Origin: Bugula neritina
Lineage: Eukaryota; Animalia; Bryozoa
Assembly (NCBI GenBank): GCA_964035545.1
Contig: OZ037768.1
Location: 186,001-250,000 of the forward strand
Reading direction: 5' to 3'
DNA length: 64,000 nucleotides
The number at the start of each line of letters is the position of its first letter. The first letter of the stretch is position 1. Position numbers and translations under genes: made by a program. Under the pieces are notes generated by a model, which worked only from the letters and a program-made list of their open reading frames with translations, ran no database searches and was not told where the DNA came from. Of this stretch, positions 27,001 to 40,000 are shown piece by piece.

Positions 27001-30000
27001 GCCTTGTAGAGTAAGTATACATTCCCTCAACACTATACCTTGTAGAGTAAGTATATATTCCCTCAACACCATGTCTTGTAGAGTAAGTATATATTCCCTC
27101 AACACTATACCTTGTAGAGTAAGTATATATTCCCTCAACACTATACCTTGTAGAGTAAGTATATATTCCCTCAACACTATACCTTGTAGAGTAAGTATAT
27201 ATTCCCTCAACACTATGTCTTGTAGAGTAAGTATATATTCCCTCAACACTATGCCTTGTAGAGTAAGTATATATTCCCTCAACACTATGCCTTGTAGAGT
27301 AAGTATATATTCCCTCAACACTATACCTTGTAGAGTAAGTATGTATTCCCTCAACACTATGTCTTGTAGAGTAAGTATACATTCCCTCAACACTATACCT
27401 TGTAGAGTAAGTATATATTCCCTCCACACTATGTCTTGTAGAGTAAGTATATATTCCCTCAACACTATGTCTTGTAGAGTAAGTATATATTCCCTCAACA
27501 CTATGCCTTGTAGAGTAAGTATATATTCCCTCAACACTATACCTTGTAGAGTAAGTATATATTCCCTCAACACTATACCTTGTAGAGTAAGTATACATTC
27601 TCTCAACACTATACCTTGTAGAGTAAGTATATATTCCCTCAACACTATGTCTTGTAGAGTAAGTATATATTCCCTCAACACTATGCCTTGTAGAGTAAGT
27701 ATATATTCCTCAACACTATACCTTGCAGAGTAAGTATATATTCCCTCAACACTATACCTTGTAGAGTAAGTATATATTCCTCAACACTATACCTTGTAGA
27801 GTAAGTATATATTCCCTCAACACTATGTCTTGTAGAGTAAGTATATATTCCCTCAACACTATACCTTGTAGAGTAAGTATATATTCCCTCAACACTATAC
27901 CTTGTAGAGTAAGTATATATTCCCTCAACACTATGTCTTGTAGAGTAAGTATATATTCCCTCAACACTATGTCTTGTAGAGTAAGTATACATTCCCTCAA
28001 CACTATGTCTTGTAGAGTAAGTATATATTCCTCAACACTATACCTTGTAGAGTAAGTATATATTCCCTCAACACTATACCTTGTAGAGTAAGTATATATT
28101 CCCTCAACACTATACCTTGTAGAGTAAGTATATATTCCCTCAACACTATGTCTTGTAGAGTAAGTATATATTCCCTCAACACTATGTCTTGTAGAGTAAG
28201 TATACATTCCCTCAACACTATGTCTTGTAGAGTAAGTATATATTCCTCAACACTATACCTTGTAGAGTAAGTATATATTCCCTCAACACTATACCTTGTA
28301 GAGTAAGTATATATTCCCTCAACACTATGTCTTGTAGAGTAAGTATATATTCCTCAACACTATACCTTGTAGAGTAAGTATATATTCCCTCAACACTATA
28401 CCTTGTAGAGTAAGTATATATTCCCTCCACACTATGTCTTGTAGAGTAAGTATATATTCCCTCAACACTATGTCTTGTAGAGTAAGTATATATTCCCTCA
28501 ACACTATGCCTTGTAGAGTAAGTATATATTCCCTCAACACTATACCTTGTAGAGTAAGTATATATTCCCTCAACACTATACCTTGTAGAGTAAGTATATA
28601 TTCCCTCAACACTATACCTTGTAGAGTAAGTATATATTCCCTCAACACTATGCCTTGTAGAGTAAGTATATATTCCCTCAACACTATACCTTGTAGAGTA
28701 AGTATATATTCCCTCAACACTATACCTTGTAGAGTAAGTATATATTCCCTCAACACTATACCTTGTAGAGTAAGTATATATTCCCTCAACACTATACCTT
28801 GTAGAGTAAGTATATATTCCCTCAACACTATACCTTGTAGAGTAAGTATATATTCCCTCAACACTATACCTTGTAGAGTAAGTATACATTCCCTCAACAC
28901 TATGCCTTGTAGAGTAAGTATATAGTCCCTCAACACTATACCTTGTAGAGTAAGTATATATTCCCTCAACACTATACCTTGTAGAGTAAGTATATATTCC
29001 CTCAACACTATGCCTTGTAGAGTAAGTATACATTCCCTCAACACTATACCTTGTAGAGTAAGTATATATTCCCTCAACACCATGTCTTGTAGAGTAAGTA
29101 TATATTCCCTCAACACTATACCTTGTAGAGTAAGTATATATTCCCTCAACACTATACCTTGTAGAGTAAGTATATATTCCCTCAACACTATACCTTGTAG
29201 AGTAAGTATATATTCCCTCAACACTATACCTTGTAGAGTAAGTATACATTCCCTCAACACTATACCTTGTAGAGTAAGTATATATTCCCTCAACACTATA
29301 CCTTGTAGAGTAAGTATATATTCCCTCAACACTATGTCTTGTAGAGTAAGTATATATTCCCTCAACACTATACCTTGTAGAGTAAGTATATATTCCCTCA
29401 ACACCATGTCTTGTAGAGAAATTGCCTCATGCTGGTTTGTGGAAGTAAAGAGCATCTTGTTCTTGTAGAGAAATAGCTGAAGGGTTGAATCCTGGAAACT
29501 GGGGATGGAAACGTCGCAGAGCTTTGTCATCCCAGAAGAGGAACACAGTGAAGATTAGCGAGGAGAAAGCCAACTCCTACCTGAGTTTGGAGAAGAGAGG
29601 AGACATCTGTTTCTCAGCGCAAGACATCCTAGACGGCATCGATGCCATCTTTTCTGCTCTCATAGACTTGGCTAACAAAGCCATACAAGCTGTACTGAAT
29701 GCCCTGCCAAGTTTCAGCTTACCAGGTCAGCTCTCTACTCCATCACTGTGACTATGAGTCATAGCTATTCCATAGCTATGACTATGAGTCATATCTACTC
29801 CGTCACTGTGACTATGAGTCGTATAGCTACTAATCACAATGCTTCATTTAGGAACCGTAGCGAAGAAATTAAGATAACCCAAGTTCTTTAAATTTTTTAA
29901 AATGTTGGTTGAAATTCTTGCGAGAACATAACTTCTTTTGCTACACTTTTAGTCTAGAACACAGGCTTTTCTTAATTTCTCTCGCATTAATATGGAGCTA

Positions 30001-30881
30001 GATAAAAAGCTTAAAATATGCTATTCAGCTGTTGAACCGTATAGCGTATCGCTATATCATTGAAATGTTGATGCTGTAGGTATGCCCAACTTTTCCAATC
30101 TCTTCAGCTTGAACATCAACTTCAATCTCCCGACAATAGACTTCTCTCTGGATCTACCTCTCTTTGATCTCATCTTCAACTTCAACTTTGGGTGTGCCGT
30201 TGACGTGAAGAACGCCTGTGCGGCAGTATCTGGAGCCGTCAGCTTTGACTGTGGCAATGCCTATGGCAAGAGATCTTTGTAAGCCAACACTCTAAAACTC
30301 GGCTTATTCTTGCAATATTTTTACCGAGTTTAAACTGTTTGCATTTCTCTAAAATCAAACTATAGTCTAATTAGATAAAGCTGAACAATTATCAACTATT
30401 TCCAAATATTCTCTATATTAGACATGCATGGCAGAATGATGGAATATACAGCTTTCTGTTTTAGAATCTCTGAGGCAAGTTTGACCGAACTGGACTTTGC
30501 CAAGAGAAAAATGACAGATGCAGAAAGTAGGTTGCTTTACGAGCCAATTGTTACAGCTGAGTTTTCCTGCAGTTTGGAATCCTTAAGTGATTGTAGCACT
30601 GAAACTACTGCGGGCTAATCCACATTTGTGCTTGATTCTGTAAAGACAGACCTAAACAGACACAACACGTGATCTAAACATCCCCCTCTCTGACTCTATA
30701 TCTCATTGAGTAAACACTTATCAGGGTTTTACTTTTCCCTTCAGATCTGGAGATGGAAGTTGAGAAAAGGAAAGTTGACTCCAAGCACATGACAGAGGCA
30801 GAGGCCCTTGCTGCCATGCAGCACCTGACAGAAGAGCAGCTCCAAAAACTAAGTGAGATGATGCAACAGAAACATGGATAG
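24039..30881 (+). CDS. Uncharacterised secreted precursor, 491 aa, copy 1; exons 24039-24043, 24350-24527, 25391-25628, 26068-26241, 26533-26758, 29469-29725, 30080-30278, 30465-30526, 30745-30881
   Basis: All eight GT-AG junctions are phase-compatible and total 1476 nt without stops; signal peptide MRVISAVALVSLVGYTLA; amphipathic helices; KRRR, KR and GKR sites; conserved in the paralog. Confidence 0.85.
25170..25367 (+). repeat. About 28-bp minisatellite upstream of an acceptor (taactgagttatccccctgttctgtaca); paralog at 38192-38485
   Basis: Several units end in pyrimidine tract + tacag. Confidence 0.8.
25621..25983 (+). repeat. 28-bp donor-containing minisatellite taaccagg|gtaagtattacatgtgtaca, about 13 copies; paralog at 38739-39045
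   Basis: First unit contains the true donor at 25628/25629. Confidence 0.92.
26755..29419 (+). repeat. 36-bp minisatellite carrying both acceptor and donor motifs (cttgtag-a-gtaagtatatattccctcaacactat..), about 74 copies; paralog at 39818-40650 has about 23
   Basis: Starts at the donor 26758/26759 and fills almost all of intron 5. Confidence 0.95.
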
Positions 30882-32423
30882 AGTGAGTACTCCCTCGCAC
30901 TACAACTTTGTAGCATCTTAATATTACTAGTTACACATAACATGTAGTATTGTAGTACATTGCAACATATTATAATATATATTACATATTATATATCTAT
31001 ATATATATATTATAAATTACATATTATATATTATATATATTATATATTACATATTATATATTATATATATTATTTTGCTTTTCAAACACAAATTGTTCTG
31101 ACAATTCTTATACTTTAAGTTTTAGAAGACAAAACTATTCATTGAAGAAAAATGCTCTCAGCAAGAAACCCAAGCAGCTGGATTTAGTACTCGCATCTTT
31201 CAATTTGTGTGAATATATAAAAATTGTTCGAAAATAAACTTGAATGATTTATTTTTATCCGTTGTTTATCAATCAAATATAGTGACTTTAAAAATTCTAT
31301 GGAGTTGTGGTGGTTATATATATTTACATAATGCATAATGGAGTAATACATAATGGAGTAATACATAATGGAGTTATACATAATAGAGTAATACACGATG
31401 GAGTTAGACGTAATAGAGTAATACATGTTATATGAATTACACATAATAAAGGATTGCATGATTACGATTTTATTATAAACAATTAACACTTGATTAGAAG
31501 TTTAAACTATGGAATGCACCCAATAATTTATAGGCAATTCATATTTTGGGGCTTCTTTATTCATGAGGATAGAAAATTATTTTCAATAGTTTCTCAAGGA
31601 ATGACAACTCCGATTTAAGTGACTCACCAAACATTTTATGTTAAGGTTTAAGTGCTTTAAGCTGCAATTTCAGCAATACAGTGTACAACACATTATTATC
31701 ATCATTAAACTCCATTTCTTTATCAAATAATTGCAAACATTTTACAGTTAAAGCAAGTTCTAACTAAGTTGTCAATATTGAGCTATCTAAGCATTGAAAT
31801 TTTGCAAAATATACATGCGTGCAAGCAAATACATACAATGTAAACTAAAATAGTTATTCTCAAGAAATGTGACAACTCCCCAAACGTATTTGTATAATAT
31901 CTATACTCATGTGTAAAGAGTTTAATTCCTACCAGCAGCATGTCCTGAGATACAGCATTAAATATATTTGTAAATTCAATTTTACAAAATCATTAAGAAC
32001 TATAAACATTATAATATAAATGATATCACTAACTACATTGAGTAAGCAGTACGATTCCAACCACCAAATAAACTGCAAGTATGATAATTTTCCTGTCCTA
32101 ATTACGTTGTAAGACAAACTGTTCATTTAATATATTTACTAACAACTACAACTCCGTTTAAATGTTGAATAAAATTCTACTGAAGTGTTAGTCAACAGAC
32201 TGAAAACTCATAAGCCATCAAGAGGTACTTGAAGGTTTAGTATTTTACTGTATATCTTCTTAAGCCATCCGTGTAGCATCCCAGAAACAGCACATCTCTG
32301 CGCACAGCTATGTCATACACGTCTTTTATTTCACCTAATTGTTCTTGTGGAATCACCCGTAACAAAGTGCCTAGTTAAAACAAAATATTGGTATTTTAGT
32401 ATATCATCTAATAGTCAAATGTC

Positions 32424-33593
32424 CAGCAGATGAGCCTGGTACATACAGATGAGTTTAGTACATACAGATGAGTCTGGTACATACAGATGAGTCTGGTACA
32501 TACAGATGAGTCTAGTACATACAGATGAGTCTGGTGCATACAGATGAGTCTGGTACATACAGATGAGTCTGGTACATACAGATGAGTCTAGTACATACAG
32601 ATGAGTCTAGTACATACAGATGAGTCTAGTACATACAGATGAGTCTAGTACACACAGATGAGTCTAGCACATACAGATGAGTCTAGTACATACAGATGAG
32701 TCTAGTACATACAGATGAGTCTAGTACATACAGATGAGTCTAGTACATACAGATGAGTCTGGTACATACAGATGAGTCTAGTACATACAGATGAGTCTAG
32801 TACATACAGATGAGTCTGGTACATACAGATGAGTCTGTAACATACAGATGAGTCTGGTACATACAGATGAGTCTAGTACATATAGATGAGTCTAGTACAT
32901 ACAGATGAGTCTGGTACATACAGATGAGTCTAGTACATACAGATGAGTCTGGTACATACAGATGAGTCTGGTGCATACAGATGAGCCTGGTACATACAGA
33001 TGAGTCTGGTACATACAGATGAGTCTGGTACATACAGATGGGTCTGGTACATACAGATGAGTCTAGTACATACAGATGAGTCTAGTACATACAGATGAGT
33101 CTAGTACACACAGATGAGTCTAGTACATACAGATGAGTCTAGTACATACAGATGAGTCTAGTACATACAGATGAGTCTAGTACATACAGATGAGTCTAGT
33201 ACATACAGATGAGTCTGGTGCATACAGATGAGTCTAGTACATACAGATGAGTCTGGTACATACAGATGAGTCTAGTACATACAGATGAGTCTGGTGCATA
33301 CAGATGAGTCTGGTACATACAGATGAGTCTGGTACATACAGATGAGTCTGGTGCATACAGATGAGTCTAGTACATACAGATGAGTCTAGTGCATACAGAT
33401 GAGTCTAGAACATACAGATGAGTCTAGTACATACAGATGAGTCTGGTACATACAGATGAGTCTAGTACATACAGATGAGTCTAGTACATACAGATGAGTC
33501 TAGTACATACAGATGAGTCTGGTGCATACAGATGAGTCTAGTACATACAGATGAGTCTAGTGCATACAGATGAGTCTGGTGCATACAGATGAG
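32424..33593. repeat. 19-bp minisatellite acatacagatgagtctagt, about 61 copies; a single unit in the paralog (about 43603-43623)
   Basis: Comparison of the two duplication copies. Confidence 0.93.
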
Positions 33594-33612
33594 TTTCTAC
33601 ATGCTTTGATAC

Positions 33613-34218
33613 TGCCCCATGCACTGGGATTCGAACCCGGGACCTCTAGCTTGCAAGTGTAGTTTAGAGAACTGGGTGGAATGTAGTGTTGAGTTTACCC
33701 AGTGGTGTAGCAGTTAGCTTAAGGCCACACGACGCGTTTTACACGTTCGTGGCGTGCGAGAAAACCCGTTTAGTTCAAAAATAGGACGTTGTGTGCAAGA
33801 TTTTCATGCGTTTAACATGCTGAGCAAGAAGTGCGGGAAGCTCGTGCGTGTTTGATCTAATTGGCCTATTATCATTTAGCGAGCACATTTTTTTAATTTT
33901 AATTCATGGTTTAGCTTTTAGCGAACCGAATTAAAACAGTTTCATATAATTTGCATTTCCGCTTTTATAATATCTAAAGTCACTTTGCCGATGACGTAGT
34001 TTTATAAACAAATGTCTGTAGGCGAGCAGTATAGTTTAACGCTAACATCATTAGCTAATCAATTTTTGCACTTGCAACACACGCACTGTGTGTGGCAGGT
34101 CTATACGGGTACGGGTTTCCTCGCACGTCACGAGCGTGTAAAACGAGTCGTGTGGCCCTACGCTTAGCGCACCTGCTTGCAAGTTGGAGGTCTCGGGCTT
34201 GAATCCCAGTGGGGGCAA
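33613..34218. mobile_element. Two divergently oriented tRNA-derived SINE heads, the plus-strand one interrupted by a MITE
   Basis: Minus strand: gaggtcccgggttcgaatcccagtgcatggggca (B box); plus strand: cagtggtgtagcagttag...gaggtctcgggcttgaatcccagtgggggca. Confidence 0.6.
33722..34158. mobile_element. MITE with about 48-bp imperfect TIRs (ggccacacgacgcgttttacacg...), flanked by TA
   Basis: Left aggccacacgacgcgttttacacgttcgtggcgtgcgagaaaacccgt versus right reverse complement gggccacacgactcgttttacacgctcgtgacgtgcgaggaaacccgt; empty site in copy 2 at about 43780. Confidence 0.88.
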
Positions 34219-36851
34219 AATTATTTAACTGCTGCGCTTGAGAAGAAGTAAGCTGCGCTTGAGAAGAAGTAAGCTGCGCCTTAAAAGCAAATGAGTCCTA
34301 TTTTTAAAAGTGCTAATTGAAGCATTCTGCAAGAGGAAGAGGGGTCCGTTCAGTGTACAGATGTAGATCACTTCAGATCTTTCGTCATAAGATATGCCAG
34401 TTGGATCTGGAATTTGTGGGGATTTCCACAACTCAATAAGGTCCGAGTTTGTTACTTTATATCTGCTCACTCGACCACTCTCAGCGGCATCTCCTATCAA
34501 TATGGTGGAGTCAGGGAGGATGCACACTGTGACCGGGTTTCCCATTTGAAGAATTGGAGATTTGGAGAGTTTGCAGTGGAGTAAAGAACAGACAATCAGC
34601 TGGTTTTCTTCAGTGTCTACCATATAAACTACAGAGCTTTGCTGAGATATTGTTGTGTGCTGAATAACCATAGATTTCTTACAATGTACAACTGTGACAG
34701 TTTCACCATCTCACTCTGCTCCCTATCAAAGTGATTAAGTCTTCCTTCCATCTATATTTTGATGCTAATAACATGTCCAACTAGCTGACCCTATTTCAGC
34801 CCCAACTCTGAGAGAGAAGAGTATTTGTTTAGATTTTATTGGCTATATACATTATAATAGAAAGGTGTAAGTTATAACATGTATATTATATTTGTAGATA
34901 ATATTATAGTGCACTTATAAACCTCACAATTTCATGCAAAATACTAAAGGAAAGATAAATCTAATGCTGTACACATAGTGTATGCTAACTAGCTTTCCCT
35001 TGGCATTTTATAGCTTTACTGCATTAAACATAATATTCTATGTGCAGACAAAGTATATCTTATATCACAGAAAATTATACATGGCCCTATTGATTATACT
35101 AAAAGCATCCCAAGATGTTACTTATAATAATGGCATACGAAACTCGTTGGTGGTTATAACAACTATTATACTACTGATAATTTTAAACTTTTATACTGAT
35201 GGAATACTTATATATTGTGTTTATATTTTTCTACCACTTGGCACTTGTATATGCTTAAAGACCAACTCAAATTGAGGCTTTCTGTTGAAGCATTCTGTCC
35301 TTCTATAGATGTTACTAACAGTGATGCAAGTTCTATACGAACTAAAATTACCCACAAATCAACAGTACAACTGAAGCTGCTGGATAATATATCCTCTATA
35401 ACTGCACACTACCGAATAATACAAGGGAAGTCACAATACCGAATAATACAAGGGAAGTTACACTACTGAATAATACAAGGGAAGTCACACTACTGAATAA
35501 TACAAGGGAAGTCACACTACCGAATAATACAAGGGAAGTCACATTACTGAATAATACAAGGGAAGTCACACTACCGAATAATACAAGGGAAGTCACATTA
35601 CTGAATAATACAAGGGAAGTCACACTACCGAATAATACAAGGGAAGTCACACTACTGAATAATACAAGGGAAATGGAGGTACAAAATTAATGTAAATAAA
35701 TATTTATCTACATTTGTTTAATTTGATGACCACATTTTTCTAGGCTAATTAATCTCTGAACACCTTCTCCTGAAATGTAAGCAGAAATGTGCGTACATAT
35801 GTAAAAGCAAACCGTTACATTAATGTTATAAAATTGGGTTGTATAAATTAGGAAACAGTGTGATGACATACACTATATACATTACACTTGCGCTATACAG
35901 TAGGCGATAGAAAGCAATATATGGTATACTGTAATAATAGTTTAACTATAGACTGGTGCAAGCTCCATTACTATTCTGAGAATTAAATTCAGGCTATAAA
36001 TATAATTGACACGCAAGCCACTAACCTAGTTACTATTATTATGAGCTCAGTTTTTGTCCCACATCCTAAATATGGGAGCAAAATCCAGTTGTTTTACTAG
36101 AAATCTTAAAATTTGGGAGTTATTTCTGGACTGACAGTGACACCTCTAGATGTACACATATAGGTGACACTTTGGAATAACCTCTGCTCTGTTTGACGTA
36201 GAATCAGAGGTTACATAACAATACTAATTCCAGCCACATACCCTCACAGTCTGTAGTTGTGGTACGCAATACTGACTCAATAACATTTCTTCACTCAACT
36301 GTTTTAGTATTAAGAGATTATAGTTTATGGTCAGAGCCTAATAAAATATATTCTCACAGCCAGTTATAATGATTCCTCTAAACCTATTTTTACTTTTAGA
36401 ATGCTTAGTGTTTTATTTTGTAAATTTTAGATGAAACAATTATTATATTCGTCATTATACCAAGCATCATTATTCTTATTATATAACTATATATTATAGT
36501 ACAATATTATATGATACATTATTATGTTGCATAGTATTTTTAACTTGGAAAGACTTGTCAATTGTCAAACATTATAGTTTGAAGTTTGAAAATGGTCGTA
36601 TTTATTTGCTGATACTAAGACCTGTTGACACTAGGACCTGTTGACACTAAGATACGTTGATACTGGGACCTGTTGACACTAAGACCTGTTGATACTAAGA
36701 CCTGTTGACACTAAGACCTGTTAATACTGGGACCTGTTGACACTAAGACCTGTTGATACTAGGACCTGTTGACACTAAGACCTGTTGATACTGGGACCTG
36801 TTGACACTAAGATACGTTGACATGGAGATCTGTTGCGCTACTAATTACTTA

Positions 36852-36899
<48 letters not shown>

Positions 36900-37067
36900 G
36901 TATTATTAATTTCTCTGAATTAATATTTTTCCAGCTATAGTATAAATATAGTAATTGGATTTGGTGTCATATTTAGAGCTTCTATACGCATGTATGCTGG
37001 TTTTCTAGATCTAGTATTTAAATGAGCTGAATTCGGATATGAATTCAATTCTACTGATACATCAGCC

Positions 37068-40000
37068 ATGAGGTACAGGGTATTCTATAATTATATATAA
37101 CATATCATATAGAACTTTATAGAATAGTTTTATATACTTTGTTTTTAAAGTTTTATGTTTCCTAAACATTAAGTTTTTAAATTTTTTTTCTATTCACATG
37201 GTTTCAGTTTTTTATATTGATTTTTTGAATTTTTTTTTGTAGAAAGCAATAAGTACGTGAAATTCAATATATTCGTCAAACAAATATAATAATAATAATA
37301 ATATAATATGATATATTATATATTTATATATTATAATATAATATTGCGTTTAAGATATAATATTATATTAATATATTTACAGGGTAATTTCAGCAGTAGC
37401 TCTTGTCAGTTTGGTTGGGTACACCCTAGCAGCGTACCCAACTCAAACCAACAACCTGTACAATGCATTCAACACTTGCACCGTGAAGACTCAGTCAGAT
37501 ATAGACTGTATAACCACCGTGAGAGACGGTCTGGATAAGATAGCCGACTACATTCAGAAGGTATTGTGGTCTCAGTATATACTCTAACTAATGGGTATTC
37601 TACTGATTTACAATTTCATTTGTAAAGATTTCTACTTGTATAAAGAAGGTGTACCATCTACCTAGCTCACTGAATTTTTTTTTTAATTTAGATTTAAAAA
37701 ATGAAACTTTTAAACGCTTTAATGAGACAAAATTCAGCCTTTCAGGTATAAACAAGGTGCATATAATTTATAATTTAAAATCAGCCTTAAAAAGAAACAT
37801 CAACTTAAATTGTTTTAGTAACGTACAACAATTTCTTTTGTTACAATGAATTTAATTTTTATGTAAAAACATGTTGCTAATAAAAAAACTCCAATTGATG
37901 AATTTCTAAACAGAATTATTCAAATCACTTTCAAGCTATATAGTTCTTATTAAACACTGGAATAAAAGTTACTACTGTAGCATATTATTACAGTATACTG
38001 TAATAATATGCTACAGTATACTGCAATATACTGTAATTTTATACACTGGAAGAGAGTAGAATTATATGAACTGTTGATAAGATGTTATATAATTTGACAG
38101 AATGTGTTATGGGATAGAGTTGTCCTCTCATATTTTATCAAACTTATTTTTGATGCACACATCTTTATATTATACTGAGTGACTAATACAACACAGATAG
38201 CTGAGTTATCCCCCCTACTCTGTACACATAACTGAGTTATCTCCTCTGTTCTGTACAGATAGCTGATTTATCCTCCCTGTTCTGTACATATAACTGGGTT
38301 ATCCCCCCTACTCTGTACATATAGCTGAGTTATCCCCCCTGTTCTGTACATATAACTGGGTTATCCCCCCTGCTCTGTACATATAACTACATTATCCCCC
38401 CTGTTCTGTACAGATAACTGAGTTATCCCCCTGTTCTGTACATATAACTGAGTTATCTCCCCTGTTCTGTACAAGTAACTGAGTTAATTTTTATTATTTT
38501 GTTGGAAGGTGAGAAACCTGAAGACCAACATGGGCAGACTAAACACTGGTCTAGATACCTTCAACGCAGTTGTGGGCATCGCTAAGTACGCCCCAGCAAT
38601 CGGCTCAGCCATCACAGCTCTCAAGTCTACCATAACTGCAATACGGCCCACATTTAACTCCGCCTACGCCAGGGTGAAAACCATTGATGCCAAAATCTAC
38701 CTGTGGAAGAACGACGTGATTAATGGAAAGATTGCCTGTAACCAGGGTAAGTATTGCATGTGCACGTAACCAGGGTAAGTATTACATGTGCACGTAACCA
38801 AGGTAAGTATTACATGTGTACATAACCAGGGTAAGTATTACATGTGTACGTAACCAGGGTAAGTATTACATGTGTACGTAACCAGGGTAAGTATTACATG
38901 TGTACGTAACCAGGGTAAGTATTACATGTGCACGTAACCAAGGTAAGTATTGCATTTGCACGTAACCAAGGTAAGTATTACATGTGTACATAACCAGGGT
39001 AAGTATTACATGTGTAGGTAACCAGGGTAAGTATTACATGTGCACGTGATCAGAGCTGCCGATAGAACAGGCAACTCCTTCACCCTGTAATCATACAAAG
39101 TTAGATATGTTGTGTTGATTATGCTGCAGCCATTTCTCAACTCAACCTACTGAAAACCGCCTGCACCAACGGGAAGAGCTACGTCAACTCGGCTCGTAAC
39201 TGTGTCAACTCGATGGCTGCCGGCAGCGTCAAGACGTCTCTGGGCAACTTCATGGAGTCTATGGGCGGAGCTATGTACACAACAACCAATAGCTTGAATA
39301 CAGGTATACAAATATCACATGTTATATATACATAGTTCTCAAAGACACTTTGTAAAACTAGTTCAAATAATTCAAACAACTTAGCAGCAGCGAAAAGCTA
39401 TAAACATATTTTCAGCCAATACTGTATTTGCCATTTATCTCTGCAGAAAATTAGTGAAATAAGTAATAAAACTGAATTTAAAAAATCAATTTTATCTATA
39501 TTTATATTATTTTTATTAATTGAGAATTTAGTAATGTAATTCATTTGTTTAAAATAAATCTTTAAAATAAACTTTGTCTGTTTTTGCCCCGGCAGCTCTA
39601 GGAAACATCGGCAGCAGTTGTGCAGCTATCAAGGCACTGACAGACATTGCTCTCGGCTGGCCAGACATTGACTTCATTGATGTCTCCATCTCCGGCGTCT
39701 ACGCCTCTCTCCAGCCAATCTTAGACTTCTTTGCCAGTCTTCAAGTTGCTCTTGATGCCAGACTGTGTATTCCCAACCCTCTGGACGCTCTGGAAAACCT
39801 CAGAGAACTGGAGATTCTAGAGTAAGTATATATTCCCTCAACACTATACCTTGTAGAGTAAGTATATATTCCCTCAACACTATACTTTGTAGAGTAAGTA
39901 TATATTCCCTCAACACTATACCTTGTAGAGTAAGTATATATTCCCTCAACACTATGTTTTGTAGAGTAAGTATATATTCCCTCAACACTATACCTTGTAG

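Larger units (their letters stand above)
20576..34651 (+). repeat. Tandem segmental duplication, copy 1 (about 14.1 kb)
   Basis: Collinear high identity with 34650-44288 in exons and introns; junction gagataTTgttgtg has 2-bp microhomology. Confidence 0.93.
32233..34651 (-). pseudogene. Duplicated, disabled exons of the NHL-like gene
   Basis: Exon about 34330-34651 lost its acceptor at the breakpoint and its donor through a deletion of about 40 bp relative to 43931-43970; terminal exon about 32233-32369 retained. Confidence 0.75.

Noticed and set aside
26678-29530. Long ORFs with 12-aa repeats in several frames (also 39741-40762)
   Set aside because: By-products of a 36-bp intronic minisatellite; the flanking exons splice in phase across it and unit number differs about threefold between paralogs
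30279-30282. Stop codon ending the secreted protein at ...GKRSL
   Set aside because: The TAA lies within a gtaagc donor, and two further in-phase exons are conserved in both copies; a short intron-retained form remains possible
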